From an uncultured Parachlamydiaceae bacterium (GTDB lineage Bacteria; Chlamydiota; Chlamydiia; Chlamydiales; Parachlamydiaceae), in NCBI GenBank assembly GCA_963752155.1, contig CAVVXH010000019.1, forward strand, positions 1 to 47,675: a stretch of 47,675 bases of DNA. The letters are read 5' to 3'. The stretch's first letter is position 1, and every line of letters begins with the position of its first letter. Shown piece after piece: positions 1 to 9,252 of the stretch. The notes below the pieces were generated by a model. That model saw only the letters and a list, made by a program, of their open reading frames with translations, had not been told where the DNA came from and did not search any database. The position numbers were made by a program, and so were the translations under genes.

Positions 1-430
1 CCTTAGCTTTCATGGAATCAAAGCTATTCCTAGCTTGCACTTGCTTTAAGAGCTTATGATTCAGCAATTCTTCAATAATCCATACCGTTCCATGTATTTC
101 AACCCCTTCGCTCTTTGCAGCGACTCGCAGGTCTTTATCACCGCTTAAAAGAGGACATTTTTCTTGCATGGCAAGAGCTAAAGCCGAATGATCCATCAGA
201 CTAGGCCGTGGGTATTTAAAGCTCAAAGATTCTGTCCTCTTGACAGATTCAGCGGTAAGACTTCTCACTTTTAAACCAGCCTCCAAAAGATAGCTGTGTC
301 GCTCTCTGAGCTCTAATTCAAAGAGGATATCAGGAACTGCGATCTCATAAGGGAGTCGAAAAATAACTGAGGTCAAATTGCCATCTTCGATATCGATAAG
401 AATGTTAGCATCGCTAATGAGTAAAAGCAT
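1..430 (-). CDS. PIN-domain protein (DUF3368-like), 3' end outside the window
   Basis: Not in the ORF track. Manual translation from ATG 430 gives MLLLISDANILIDIEDGNL...SLMDHSALALAMQEKCPLLSGDKDLRVAAKSEGVEIHGTVWII, with the PIN motifs DAN(I)L, D..AL and GD..LR. It overlaps the end of the upstream XRE-M78 gene. Confidence 0.85.
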   Translation of the reverse strand, partial: MLLLISDANILIDIEDGNLTSVIFRLPYEIAVPDILFELELRERHSYLLEAGLKVRSLTAESVKRTESLSFKYPRPSLMDHSALALAMQEKCPLLSGDKDLRVAAKSEGVEIHGTVWIIEELLNHKLLKQVQARNSFDSMKAK

Positions 431-1481
431 GTGAATTTTGCACCTGACGAAGAGCTTTTAATTGAGTGAGAGAACAGGATAACAGTTCTGCGGCTTTTGG
501 TTCCCCAATATATTCTTCACCAAGGGCATGAAACAGCATTTGGTTAAAGGCATGATCTTTTTCTGAAGGAATTTCTATCCCTGGCTCTTTGCGATGCCAG
601 CCCTTTTGTCGAAAACGAATGATGAGGCTTTTGTAGTAGGATTCTTGAATGATTCCCAAATCTTTAAGACGATAGCAAATCGCTCCCATGCTTAGTTGAA
701 ACTGTTCTTTAAGAAGAAGAAGCTCTTGCCATTCAATGGCTCGACGCTCTTTTCCTACCGCTTGAAACACAGCTTCACGCGGAAATAAAAAAGCACCTGC
801 AAATCGATTGCAAGCTTGCTCTTCATCTAGTTTAGGAGAAAGACGATTAATAAAAATATAGTGAGCGAGTTCATGAGCTAGATTGAAACGTTGTCTATCA
901 CCAGGCCATCTGGAGCTAATCACAATAATTGGCTGATCATTGATGATAGTAGAAAGACCATCAAAATGCTCTTCATCGGTGTTAATAATAAATACTCTTA
1001 TTCCACGACTTTCTAAAGCATCGATAAGATCGTGAATAGGAGCCAAACCCAGTTTCCAATGATTGCGGAGTATTTCAGCAATTGACTCTACCTCTTCAAG
1101 GCTATTAACTTTCTGAGGAAAATCAGCTGGAAGTTCAAATATCGGTACAGGAGATGTCGGATAAAGATTCTCTAATTCTAAACGACGCTCGATTTGACTG
1201 ATTACTTCAAATTTAATCGCTTCCTCAACTTTTGCACTCAATTTTTTTCGTTTTCGAAACTTTACATTTTCAAGAGAAACTTTAATTGGACGAAAAAAGA
1301 AATCGACACGAACTTTTAGAGCTCTTGCTAATTTTATGAGCATGTCTGAAGAGGGATAGACATCTCCATCTTCATATTTTTTGATAGCTGCATGGCTCAA
1401 GTGCACGAGATCACCAAGTGAGCGTAAGCTCAAACCCGCAGCTTTTCTCGCTTGTTGGAGTCGAATTCCTAGATTGCTCAT
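414..1481 (-). CDS. XRE-family HTH regulator fused to an ImmA/IrrE (M78) metallopeptidase
   Basis: N-terminal HTH (RLQQARKAAGLSLRSLG...IKKYEDG), RQRFNLAHELAH (HEXXH) and EEQACNRFAGAFLFP. Confidence 0.92.
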   Translation of the reverse strand: MSNLGIRLQQARKAAGLSLRSLGDLVHLSHAAIKKYEDGDVYPSSDMLIKLARALKVRVDFFFRPIKVSLENVKFRKRKKLSAKVEEAIKFEVISQIERRLELENLYPTSPVPIFELPADFPQKVNSLEEVESIAEILRNHWKLGLAPIHDLIDALESRGIRVFIINTDEEHFDGLSTIINDQPIIVISSRWPGDRQRFNLAHELAHYIFINRLSPKLDEEQACNRFAGAFLFPREAVFQAVGKERRAIEWQELLLLKEQFQLSMGAICYRLKDLGIIQESYYKSLIIRFRQKGWHRKEPGIEIPSEKDHAFNQMLFHALGEEYIGEPKAAELLSCSLTQLKALRQVQNSHAFTH

Positions 1482-1513
1482 AATAGATACCTATGTTTAT
1501 AGATTCCCTTTAC

Positions 1514-1551
1514 AGTTTACATTATAACGAAAATTCGTTATCCTGTAAACT
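1514..1551 (-). promoter_or_regulatory. sigma70/66-type promoter embedded in an inverted repeat (probable autoregulatory operator)
   Basis: Minus strand TTTACA(1549-1544)-17 nt-TATAAT(1526-1521). The same bases form the IR AGTTTACA-tt-ATAACGAA-aa-TTCGTTAT-cc-TGTAAACT. Confidence 0.7.
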
Positions 1552-1628
1552 AGATACTTCTTAGCCCAAGAGACATTGCCTTATTATATCTATATAGAAA
1601 AAAGAGGAAATTTGAACTTTGCTTTAAA

Positions 1629-1664
1629 GTTGATGAGTATCACTTTTAAGAACTCTATGAGCAA
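1629..1664. repeat. 36-bp exact direct repeat, copy 1
   Basis: GTTGATGAGTATCACTTTTAAGAACTCTATGAGCAA, identical to 9164-9199. Confidence 0.9.
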
Positions 1665-1777
1665 AATGGCATCTTTTATGGCTATGATATTTCTATTGCA
1701 TTTTAATTATTCAATTTGCTAAAGTTTAGATAAACGAACGTTTTCATCTACAAAAAACACAACCTCCACTTTATGAG

Positions 1778-1798
1778 TAATGCCGAATTTCGGCATTA
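1778..1798. promoter_or_regulatory. 21-bp interrupted palindrome, possible operator
   Basis: TAATGCCGAA-T-TTCGGCATTA, about 65 bp upstream of the ORF at 1864. Confidence 0.4.
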
Positions 1799-1863
1799 TA
1801 TGAGAAATTGTAACTAATCATTATAGTTAGTTCTGTTAAACAACCAAAAAAAGGAAGATTTTT

Positions 1864-2241
1864 ATGACCACTGAGATAAACAGCTTTTCAAGCAGCCTTA
1901 TATTAGGGATCACATTATATCGCAATCAGCAAGGAGTTACCAACAAGCTTATAGCACAAGCGGGATATGCCTTAACTGCTATAGTATCTGCTGTTGAAAC
2001 TGTTGCAGCTTTAGCTTTTTTAACGTTATCGCTGGTTGCATATCCATTTTCATCAACACCTTTTAAGCATTCAACTAAATGGTTAGCCAGCAGTGCTTTT
2101 TCTCTTGAATGGTCTGTTGCAGATTTCGTTCTTAACCTTTTTGTATCAAAGCTAGTTGCTGATGAAAGAAGCGCTCGTAAGATACATCAAAGTGGAAACT
2201 TTATGATGCTCCCTCGAGACGCTGTTCTTCAGTTGCAATAA
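1864..2241 (+). CDS. Hypothetical small membrane protein
   Basis: 125 aa, preceded by AAGGAAG, with the long hydrophobic stretch AGYALTAIVSAVETVAALAFLTLSLVAYPF. Confidence 0.65.
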   Translation: MTTEINSFSSSLILGITLYRNQQGVTNKLIAQAGYALTAIVSAVETVAALAFLTLSLVAYPFSSTPFKHSTKWLASSAFSLEWSVADFVLNLFVSKLVADERSARKIHQSGNFMMLPRDAVLQLQ

Positions 2242-2446
2242 CTTGCCAAAAACCAAAAAATCCATTAGCTTTTTAGCTTAAAATTCTTTACCATCATATT
2301 CATAGCAGTTGGATGGTATTGGGTTATATGGCGGACCACCGCCCTCATAACCCGCTGGTCGCCATTTGAAACTTGGCTCACCTCTTCACGCAGATTTAAT
2401 TGCCAGGGCAATCGCATTATATATAATTTTTTTATAGGAGGAACTA

Positions 2447-2875
2447 ATGTCAAAGTCTAATGAAATACTAAATGCAATTCAGACTCACCTTGCACCAATT
2501 CCCATTGGTCCCTATTCTCAAGCCGTTTCTTTGAAAGCTCCGGAACAACTCGTTTTTGTATCAGGACAAGTTCCCATTGACCCTGCTACAGGAAAACTCG
2601 CCGAAGAAGATATCACGATGATGACACGTCGCATCTTAACAGCTATCAAAAATATCTTGATAGAAGCCGCTAGCAGTTTAGACCATGTCGTCAAAGTCGA
2701 AATCTTCTGCACAAATTTAAAACAAGATTTCGGGGCTATTAACGCTGAATATGCTTTGCACTTTACCGGCGAAATCAAACCTGCAAGGCAGACCATAGAA
2801 GTGTCAGCTCTGCCTCTTGGATCTCCAATCGAAATTTCATGCATTGCTGTTATTCCATCCTCGATCCCTTTTTAG
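2447..2875 (+). CDS. ridA: RidA/YjgF/UK114 enamine-imine deaminase
   Basis: APIPIGPYSQAV, FVSGQVPIDP and PARQTIEVSALP...IEISCIA; AGGAGG RBS. Confidence 0.92.
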   Translation: MSKSNEILNAIQTHLAPIPIGPYSQAVSLKAPEQLVFVSGQVPIDPATGKLAEEDITMMTRRILTAIKNILIEAASSLDHVVKVEIFCTNLKQDFGAINAEYALHFTGEIKPARQTIEVSALPLGSPIEISCIAVIPSSIPF

Positions 2876-4325
2876 GACTCGCAAGCTCTTTGGTTTTGAT
2901 CTTGATCGCTCTCTGCGATCACCCATCCTCCTCCTAAGGCTGTGTATAAATTGATCAGAGACTGAAATGTGTCACTCTCAACCTGAACAAGCTCCAATTC
3001 AGAAATGAAAAGATTGCGTTCAGCATCCAATACATTGAGGTAATCAATCTGCCCATTCGCATGCTGAAGTTTTGCCAGATCTAAATAGTCACGAAATATC
3101 TGCACCCTTTCCTTTTCAATTTTAAGGAGGTCTAAAGAAAGTTGATGCGCTATTAGAGCATCATTGACTTCTCTGAATGCATTTTGAATGACTTGTTCGT
3201 AGTTATAAAAAGCTTCCCACTTAACTGCTTCAGCAGCATCAAGCTGCGCAATAAGTCTTCCTCCATCGAAAACAGTTTGAAAGAATGATCCACCATAATT
3301 CCAGGTCCTAGCTTTGCCGCTAAATAAATTGCTGAATTCAGGACTAATTGCTCCAAACATTCCTGTAAGGCTGATTTCAGGAAAAAATGCTGCCCGTGCT
3401 GCTCCGATAAGGGCATCAGCTGCAATCAAATTTTGTTCAGCTTGTAAAATATCGGGTCTTTGTCCTAACAAGGATGATGGAAGACCTACAGGTATCTGTG
3501 GAGGTAAGGTAAGATCATTTATTTCACGCCCGCGAATAATCGGTCCAGGATTTCGTCCAATTAAAATACTCAATAAATTCTCTTCTTGAGCATCCAAAAT
3601 TTTTAATCGAGTCATTTCGGCAGCTGCGCCAGTCACTGCTGAGGCTCGCTTGTTTCACTTCTAATTCAGAAGTGTACCCATTTTCATATCTCACTTCAGC
3701 GAGTTCTAAAGCTTTATTACGGGATTGCTAATGTTTTTGCAGAAATTTCGAGTTGCTTGTCATACATTCGAAGCTGAACATAACTGTTAGCAACAGAACT
3801 CATGACTGTGATGGTGACCAACCGCCTCGCGTCAATTTGACCCAAAAATTCTGCAAAAGCAGCACTGCTCTCGTTTAACAATCTTCCCCAAACATCGATT
3901 TGATAAAAGCCATTTAGGGACCAGCCATAGGTCTTTGAATATCGACTCACACCTGCCGGCAAAGGATGTTGAGCTATCGATGCATATCGTCGATTAAAGA
4001 ATCCATCTGCAGTGACTTGAGGATACAAATTCCCATAAACAAATCTAAAAAGAGCTTCAAATTCAGAAACACGCCAGGCAGCGACAGCTAATTCTTTATT
4101 GTTTTCTAAGGCTTCTGCGATGAGATCATTCAAGACCGGATCATTAAATTGTTCCCACCATAAGACATTGGCAAAAGCTTCAGCTTCACCGACCTCAAAA
4201 AAAAGAGAAGATTTCTTCGTCACTGTGCGCCACTCCTCCGGAATAGGGATATCGAGATGATTTGTCCGAGGTGCCATGTTGCAAGAGCTAATAAGAAGCA
4301 ACAAAGGAAAAAGTCTGTAATACAT
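2872..4325 (-). pseudogene. NodT/OprM-family efflux outer-membrane lipoprotein, split by two frameshifts (or assembly errors)
   Basis: The N-part (lipobox ISSC, WWEQFNDPVLNDLIAEALENNKEL) ends at 3717. A middle segment SRNKALELAEVRYENGYTSELEVKQA lies at 3724-3647 in a second frame. The C-part (GLPSSLLGQRPDI...ALGGGW) is in a third frame. Confidence 0.85.
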
Positions 4326-4332
4326 GAAATCT

Positions 4333-7300
4333 CTACTTTTTTCGTTCAGCAAGCTGTTGAATTATTTTAAAGAAAAATGGGACAAAGAGCACTGCAAAGA
4401 TCGTTGCTGCAATCATTCCCCCCATCACACCTGTTCCTACAGACTGACGCCCAGCAGCACCGGCTCCGGAAGCAAACACCAAGGGAGCTACTCCAAAAAT
4501 AAATGTAAGTGATGTCATCAAAATAGCTCTAAAACGCAACTGCGCAGATTCTATTGCGGAATTAACAATAGATTCTCCTTGCATTCGTTTTTGGAGTGCA
4601 AATTCAATGATTAAGATCGCATTTTTTGCCGCTAGGGCAACTAGCGTGATCAATCCAATCTGGAAATAGATGTCATTGGGAATTCCAGTAAACCAAATGG
4701 ATAAAATCGCTCCAAAAATTCCGAATGGGATTGTCAAAAGCACAGCAATCGGCAATGACCATTTTTCGTACAATGCGGCAAGGATTAGAAAAACCATGAG
4801 AAGTCCAGCGACAAGCATTTGTGAGGAAGCACCACTTGTCATGTTTTCTTGGTAAGAACGTCCACTCCATGCGATGGTCATTTCTTGCGGAAGAACTTCT
4901 TTAGCGAGTTCTTCGACGGCAGCGATCCCTTGTCCTGAACTATATCCGGGTGAGTAATCTCCGTTAATAGGAGCAGCAAGAAATCCGTTAAATCGATTGA
5001 TCGTCATCGGCCCTTTGGTAAAGGTTGTTTTCATAATCGATTTCAGAGGGACCATGACTCCGGACAAAGAACGCACAAAAATTTCATCAATATCACTAAT
5101 GCGCGCACGGTAATCCGGCTCTGCCTGAGCGATTACTTTAAAAACACGTCCGAACATATTGAAATCATTGACATAAACGGATCCCAACAAGGCATTGAGA
5201 GTTTGAAAAGCATCCGCAATGCTAATTCCCAAGGCACGAGCTTTATCTTTATCTAAGGTGATAGAAAGTTGCATATTATTCGTATCAAATGAGGTAAAAA
5301 GAAAAGCAAGTTCAGGACGTTCGCGAGACTTTTCAATGAATTTCTTCACATACGTTTCAAACTCTTCAATCCCCTTTGCACTGCGATTTTGAATAGAAAA
5401 TTCTAATCCTCCAAGAGATCCTCCACTCGGATTGAAAGCCATCACTGTCGCATTTCTAATCTGCATATACTTTTGTTGAAGACGTTGTAGAATCGCATTT
5501 GCGTGCAATTCTTTACCGACACGTTGGCTCCAATCTTTAAGAGTGATGAAACTGATCCCCAAGTTACCACCGTTTCCTCCCATCACACTAAAACCGGTCA
5601 CAGCAACAACATTCTCGACAGCGTCTTCTTCTCGAGTCAACCTGTAAACTTCTTTTGCGACTTTTTCACTACGTTCTAAGCTAGAGCTATTAGGCAATTT
5701 CTGAGCTACTAACAGCCAACCTTGATCCTCTTGCGGTAAATAACCCCCAGGCACGCGTGAGTAAATAAAAACCATCAATCCGCAAATGAAAAGAAATAAA
5801 AACGACGAAAGGACAGTCCGATGAATGAGTGAAGAGACGCATCGAATATAACCTCCGGTCAGTTTGTCAAAAAATTGATTAAATTTTTGTGCAAATTTCG
5901 AAGGCTTTTCATGTTCTTTAAGCAGATAAGCAGCTAATGCTGGGCTGAGCGTTAAAGCGACAATTCCGGAAATAATCACTGAAATAGAAATAGTAATCGC
6001 AAATTGCTTATAAAGTTGTCCGGCAGTTCCTCCCAGAAAAGCTGTGGGAAGAAAAACAGCACAAAGCACACATACAATAGCAATCACTGGGCCGATGACC
6101 TCGCCCATTGCTTTTTTAGTGGCCTCTTTAGCTGAAAGAGAAAATTTTCGCATATTACGTTCAACGTTTTCAATGACGACAATGGCATCGTCGACGACAA
6201 TTCCTACAGCGAGGACTAATCCAAAAAGAGTTAACGTATTTAACGAATATCCCAAAATATAGAGTCCAGCAAAGGTCCCGATAATGGAAACAATCATGGC
6301 CAATAGAGGAATCAAAGTGGCACGAAAATTTTGTAAAAAGAGCAATACAACAGCAACAACCAAAATAGCAGCTTCAAAGATAGTACTCATGACTGAAGAG
6401 ATTGAGGCTTTAATATAATGCGTCGTATCATAAGGAATCGAATAAGTAAGTCCTGCAGGAAATGACTTAGATATTCGTTCCATGGTGGCTCTCACTCGAT
6501 CCCCGACATCAAGGGCATTTGATCCGAATTGTTGATGTACAGCAATTAAAGTTGTTGGATAACCATTAAGTTCAGCCACAACATCGTAACTTTGGGCTCC
6601 TAACTCGACTCGTGCAACATCCTTAAGAAGGATCTTTGAACCATCTAAATTAGCGCGCAATATGATGTTTTCAAATTCTTGTGGTTGACTAAGCCGTCCT
6701 TCAGTCAATACAGGAAGGGTCAACTGAACAGGACCAGGTGTGGGAGGTTGTCCGATTTGACCAATCGCATAGTCGGCATTTTGCTCTCTGACGGCCATTA
6801 AAAGGTCATCAAGAGTAATTTGCAGCTGAGCCATCAGATCTGGTTTCAGCCATAAGCGCATGGAATATTCACGTGCACCAAAAATAGAAGCTTCACTCAC
6901 ACCATCGATACGCAAAAGTTCATCTAGAACATTCAAACTTGCATAATTGCTGGTAAAAACATCGTTGTAACGACCCTCAGGAGAGCTAATGGCAAGAATC
7001 ATTAGAAAGCCGCTAGATTGTTTTTTTACTGTGATGCCGTTTCTCTGCACCTCATGAGGTAAGCGAGCGATCGCGGCATTGACACGGTTCTGCACGTTAA
7101 CTTGGGCCATATCGACATCAGTACCGATCTCAAAGAAGACATTCAGATTCATTGCCCCTGTAGATGAACTTTCAGATGACATATAGATCATCTTTTCAAT
7201 ACCATTGATCTCCCGTTCAAGAATAGCAGCCACATTGGTTGCAATTGTTTTGGCATTCGCGCCAGGGTAAAAAGCCATGACTTGAATGAGAGGTGGATCA

Positions 7301-7416
7301 ATTGCAGGATACTCTTCTAGAGGCAGAGACTTTAGCGCCACAAGCCCTGCAAAAGTAATGATGAGTGAAATGACACAAGCAAATATGGGTCGATCTACGA
7401 AAAAATTTGAAAACAT
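4333..7416 (-). CDS. RND efflux permease (HAE1, AcrB/MexB-like)
   Basis: 1027 aa; FFVDRPIFA, GIVVDDAIVVIENVER, AKNAILIIEFA and RFRAILMTSL. Confidence 0.95.
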   Translation of the reverse strand: MFSNFFVDRPIFACVISLIITFAGLVALKSLPLEEYPAIDPPLIQVMAFYPGANAKTIATNVAAILEREINGIEKMIYMSSESSSTGAMNLNVFFEIGTDVDMAQVNVQNRVNAAIARLPHEVQRNGITVKKQSSGFLMILAISSPEGRYNDVFTSNYASLNVLDELLRIDGVSEASIFGAREYSMRLWLKPDLMAQLQITLDDLLMAVREQNADYAIGQIGQPPTPGPVQLTLPVLTEGRLSQPQEFENIILRANLDGSKILLKDVARVELGAQSYDVVAELNGYPTTLIAVHQQFGSNALDVGDRVRATMERISKSFPAGLTYSIPYDTTHYIKASISSVMSTIFEAAILVVAVVLLFLQNFRATLIPLLAMIVSIIGTFAGLYILGYSLNTLTLFGLVLAVGIVVDDAIVVIENVERNMRKFSLSAKEATKKAMGEVIGPVIAIVCVLCAVFLPTAFLGGTAGQLYKQFAITISISVIISGIVALTLSPALAAYLLKEHEKPSKFAQKFNQFFDKLTGGYIRCVSSLIHRTVLSSFLFLFICGLMVFIYSRVPGGYLPQEDQGWLLVAQKLPNSSSLERSEKVAKEVYRLTREEDAVENVVAVTGFSVMGGNGGNLGISFITLKDWSQRVGKELHANAILQRLQQKYMQIRNATVMAFNPSGGSLGGLEFSIQNRSAKGIEEFETYVKKFIEKSRERPELAFLFTSFDTNNMQLSITLDKDKARALGISIADAFQTLNALLGSVYVNDFNMFGRVFKVIAQAEPDYRARISDIDEIFVRSLSGVMVPLKSIMKTTFTKGPMTINRFNGFLAAPINGDYSPGYSSGQGIAAVEELAKEVLPQEMTIAWSGRSYQENMTSGASSQMLVAGLLMVFLILAALYEKWSLPIAVLLTIPFGIFGAILSIWFTGIPNDIYFQIGLITLVALAAKNAILIIEFALQKRMQGESIVNSAIESAQLRFRAILMTSLTFIFGVAPLVFASGAGAAGRQSVGTGVMGGMIAATIFAVLFVPFFFKIIQQLAERKK

Positions 7417-7425
7417 GAAATTTAC

Positions 7426-8571
7426 TTACTTATCTGTGGGCAATTCTTGAATGGTCACGGGAGAACCTGGCAAAATTTTATCTACACCATCGACAATCAC
7501 AACATCTCCATCCTTTAGTCCGGATGTAATAATCCAATTGTCATCAATCCATTCACCAGGTTCGACATTTTGTTGAACAGCTTTTCCATCTTTAACAAGA
7601 TAGACAAACATTCCTTTTCCGCCTTGTAAGACAGCTCTTTGTGGAATCTCAATGGCATGAAGACGCTTAGCTCCTAATAACTTAGCGCGAACAAATTGCC
7701 CAGGTCGCAGAATATCCTCTGGATTTGGAAACAAGGCGCGCATCATCATCGTTCCAGTCTCAGGCCTGAAAGTGGGTGATGTATAATCTAACTTCCCTTG
7801 AGAAGGAATAACGGTCCCATCTGCCAGAATAATCTCGACATCAAAATTCCTATCCGGAGGAAGTTGTAGTAGGTTCTGCTGAATTTCCCGATGTTCTTTT
7901 AAAACATCACTTTCCGAGATATGAAAATTGACATAGATAGGATCTATAGTTGTTATTTTCGTAAGAAACTTCCCGCCAGGGGAAATGAGAGCTCCTTCGC
8001 CATAAGTGGACTCAGCTGAAAGACCCGTAATAGGACTCGTAATATTCGTGTAATTCAAATTAAGTTCTGCTTGTTTTAGCTTTGCTTCTGCAGCAGCAAC
8101 GCGAGCTTTTGAAGTACGCTCTTGGGCAAGTGCTTCGTCGAAATCTTTACGGCTAGCTGCATTTTTTTCGAAAATGGGCTTTAGACGTTCAACAGCTCGA
8201 GAAGCATTCCATAGTTGAGCCTCTTCACCCATCAAGTCAGCCTTGGCATTATCTAAAGCAGCTAAAAATGGGCGTTGATCGATGACATAAATAAGATCCC
8301 CTTCTTTAACTAGCTGACCTTCATTAAAACCAATTTTTACGATCACTCCCTCAACTCGCGAACGAATTTCGATACTATGATAACCATTCACAACTCCCAC
8401 AAATTCAAAAGTTACAGGAATGGTTTTAGATTCAACTGTGACCGCAGTCACTTCCACAGGGGGCGCTGTAGGCGGGCCAGAAGAATCAAGAGGAGCACTT
8501 TCTTTTTGACAAGCAAAGAGCATTGAGGCCATGGAGATGGCAAGGAACCAACGATAATAACAACAATTCAT
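7426..8571 (-). CDS. RND efflux periplasmic adaptor (AcrA/MexA-like lipoprotein)
   Basis: Lipobox LFAC; EIRSRVEG, LNYTNITSPITG, FPNPEDILRPGQFV and GLKDGDVVIVDG. Confidence 0.95.
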   Translation of the reverse strand: MNCCYYRWFLAISMASMLFACQKESAPLDSSGPPTAPPVEVTAVTVESKTIPVTFEFVGVVNGYHSIEIRSRVEGVIVKIGFNEGQLVKEGDLIYVIDQRPFLAALDNAKADLMGEEAQLWNASRAVERLKPIFEKNAASRKDFDEALAQERTSKARVAAAEAKLKQAELNLNYTNITSPITGLSAESTYGEGALISPGGKFLTKITTIDPIYVNFHISESDVLKEHREIQQNLLQLPPDRNFDVEIILADGTVIPSQGKLDYTSPTFRPETGTMMMRALFPNPEDILRPGQFVRAKLLGAKRLHAIEIPQRAVLQGGKGMFVYLVKDGKAVQQNVEPGEWIDDNWIITSGLKDGDVVIVDGVDKILPGSPVTIQELPTDK

Positions 8572-8730
8572 TTTCCACCTTGGGACCTTTGAAAGGATCG
8601 TCTGAAGAGAATTATAGGTAATTTACAATGCCATAGTAGATCTTCAACAGATTTTCGTCAATAGGCTTTTAAATCTAAGGGTGTGATTAAAAGTTGTACA
8701 GATGAAAACTTGTATTATCAACGTTAAGAT

Positions 8731-9149
8731 TACTATTGGTGCCATTACAATTTAACCAAAAAATACTTTTTGGAGTGCGCGTGGCTTTGCCACCGCAGAA
8801 CGTAGCCTCTATACGAGTTATGCCGGTAGACGTAGCCTCGATAGAACTCAAGCAAGTGTTCTAACAAGGTTATACCAGGCTCGGCCATAGATTGTGTTTT
8901 TTTGCGCGTCAAAGCTCCCGTGGTTGAACGATCAAAAATGACCCCATATTGCAATATTGGGTCATTTTTGATCGTTCAACCGCGGGGCTTTCCCAAAAAA
9001 ATACAATCTATGGCCGAGCCTGGTATAGTATGAGTTAATGGAGGCAACGTCTACCGGCATAACTCGTATAGAGGCTACGTTCTGCGGTGGCAAAGCCACA
9101 CGCACTCCAAAAAATATTTATTTATTAAATTGTAGTGATGCCAATAGTA
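8731..9149. repeat. Nested long inverted repeat (REP/REPIN-like outer element)
   Basis: Arms 8767-8839 and 9041-9114 are near-perfect reverse complements and begin TTTTTGGAGTGCGCGTGGCTTTGCCACCGC. Further outer arms lie at 8731-8755 and 9125-9149. Confidence 0.9.
8871..9027. mobile_element. Palindromic MITE-like element inside the REP-like element
   Basis: Ends TATACCAGGCTCGGCCATAGATTGT / ACAATCTATGGCCGAGCCTGGTATA. The inner stem is GGTTGAACGATCAAAAATGACCC / GGGTCATTTTTGATCGTTCAACC. TA lies at both boundaries. Confidence 0.7.
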
Positions 9150-9163
9150 GCTTTCACGTGAAT

Positions 9164-9199
9164 GTTGATGAGTATCACTTTTAAGAACTCTATGAGCAA
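9164..9199. repeat. 36-bp exact direct repeat, copy 2
   Basis: Identical to 1629-1664. Confidence 0.9.
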
Positions 9200-9248
9200 T
9201 TCGGGCACGGGCACACACACGGGCACGAAAATTAGCGGGAATTGCTGT
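9195..9248. repeat. CGGGCA-unit palindromic repeat, left-truncated copy
   Basis: CGGGCACGGGCACACACACGGGCACGAAAATTAGCGGGAATTGCTGT; shares its right arm with 22334-22390. Confidence 0.75.
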
Positions 9249-9252
9249 AAAC

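Noticed and set aside
1629..9199. 36-bp repeat as a CRISPR repeat
   Set aside because: There are only two copies, 7.5 kb apart, with no spacer-length periodicity and no cas genes.
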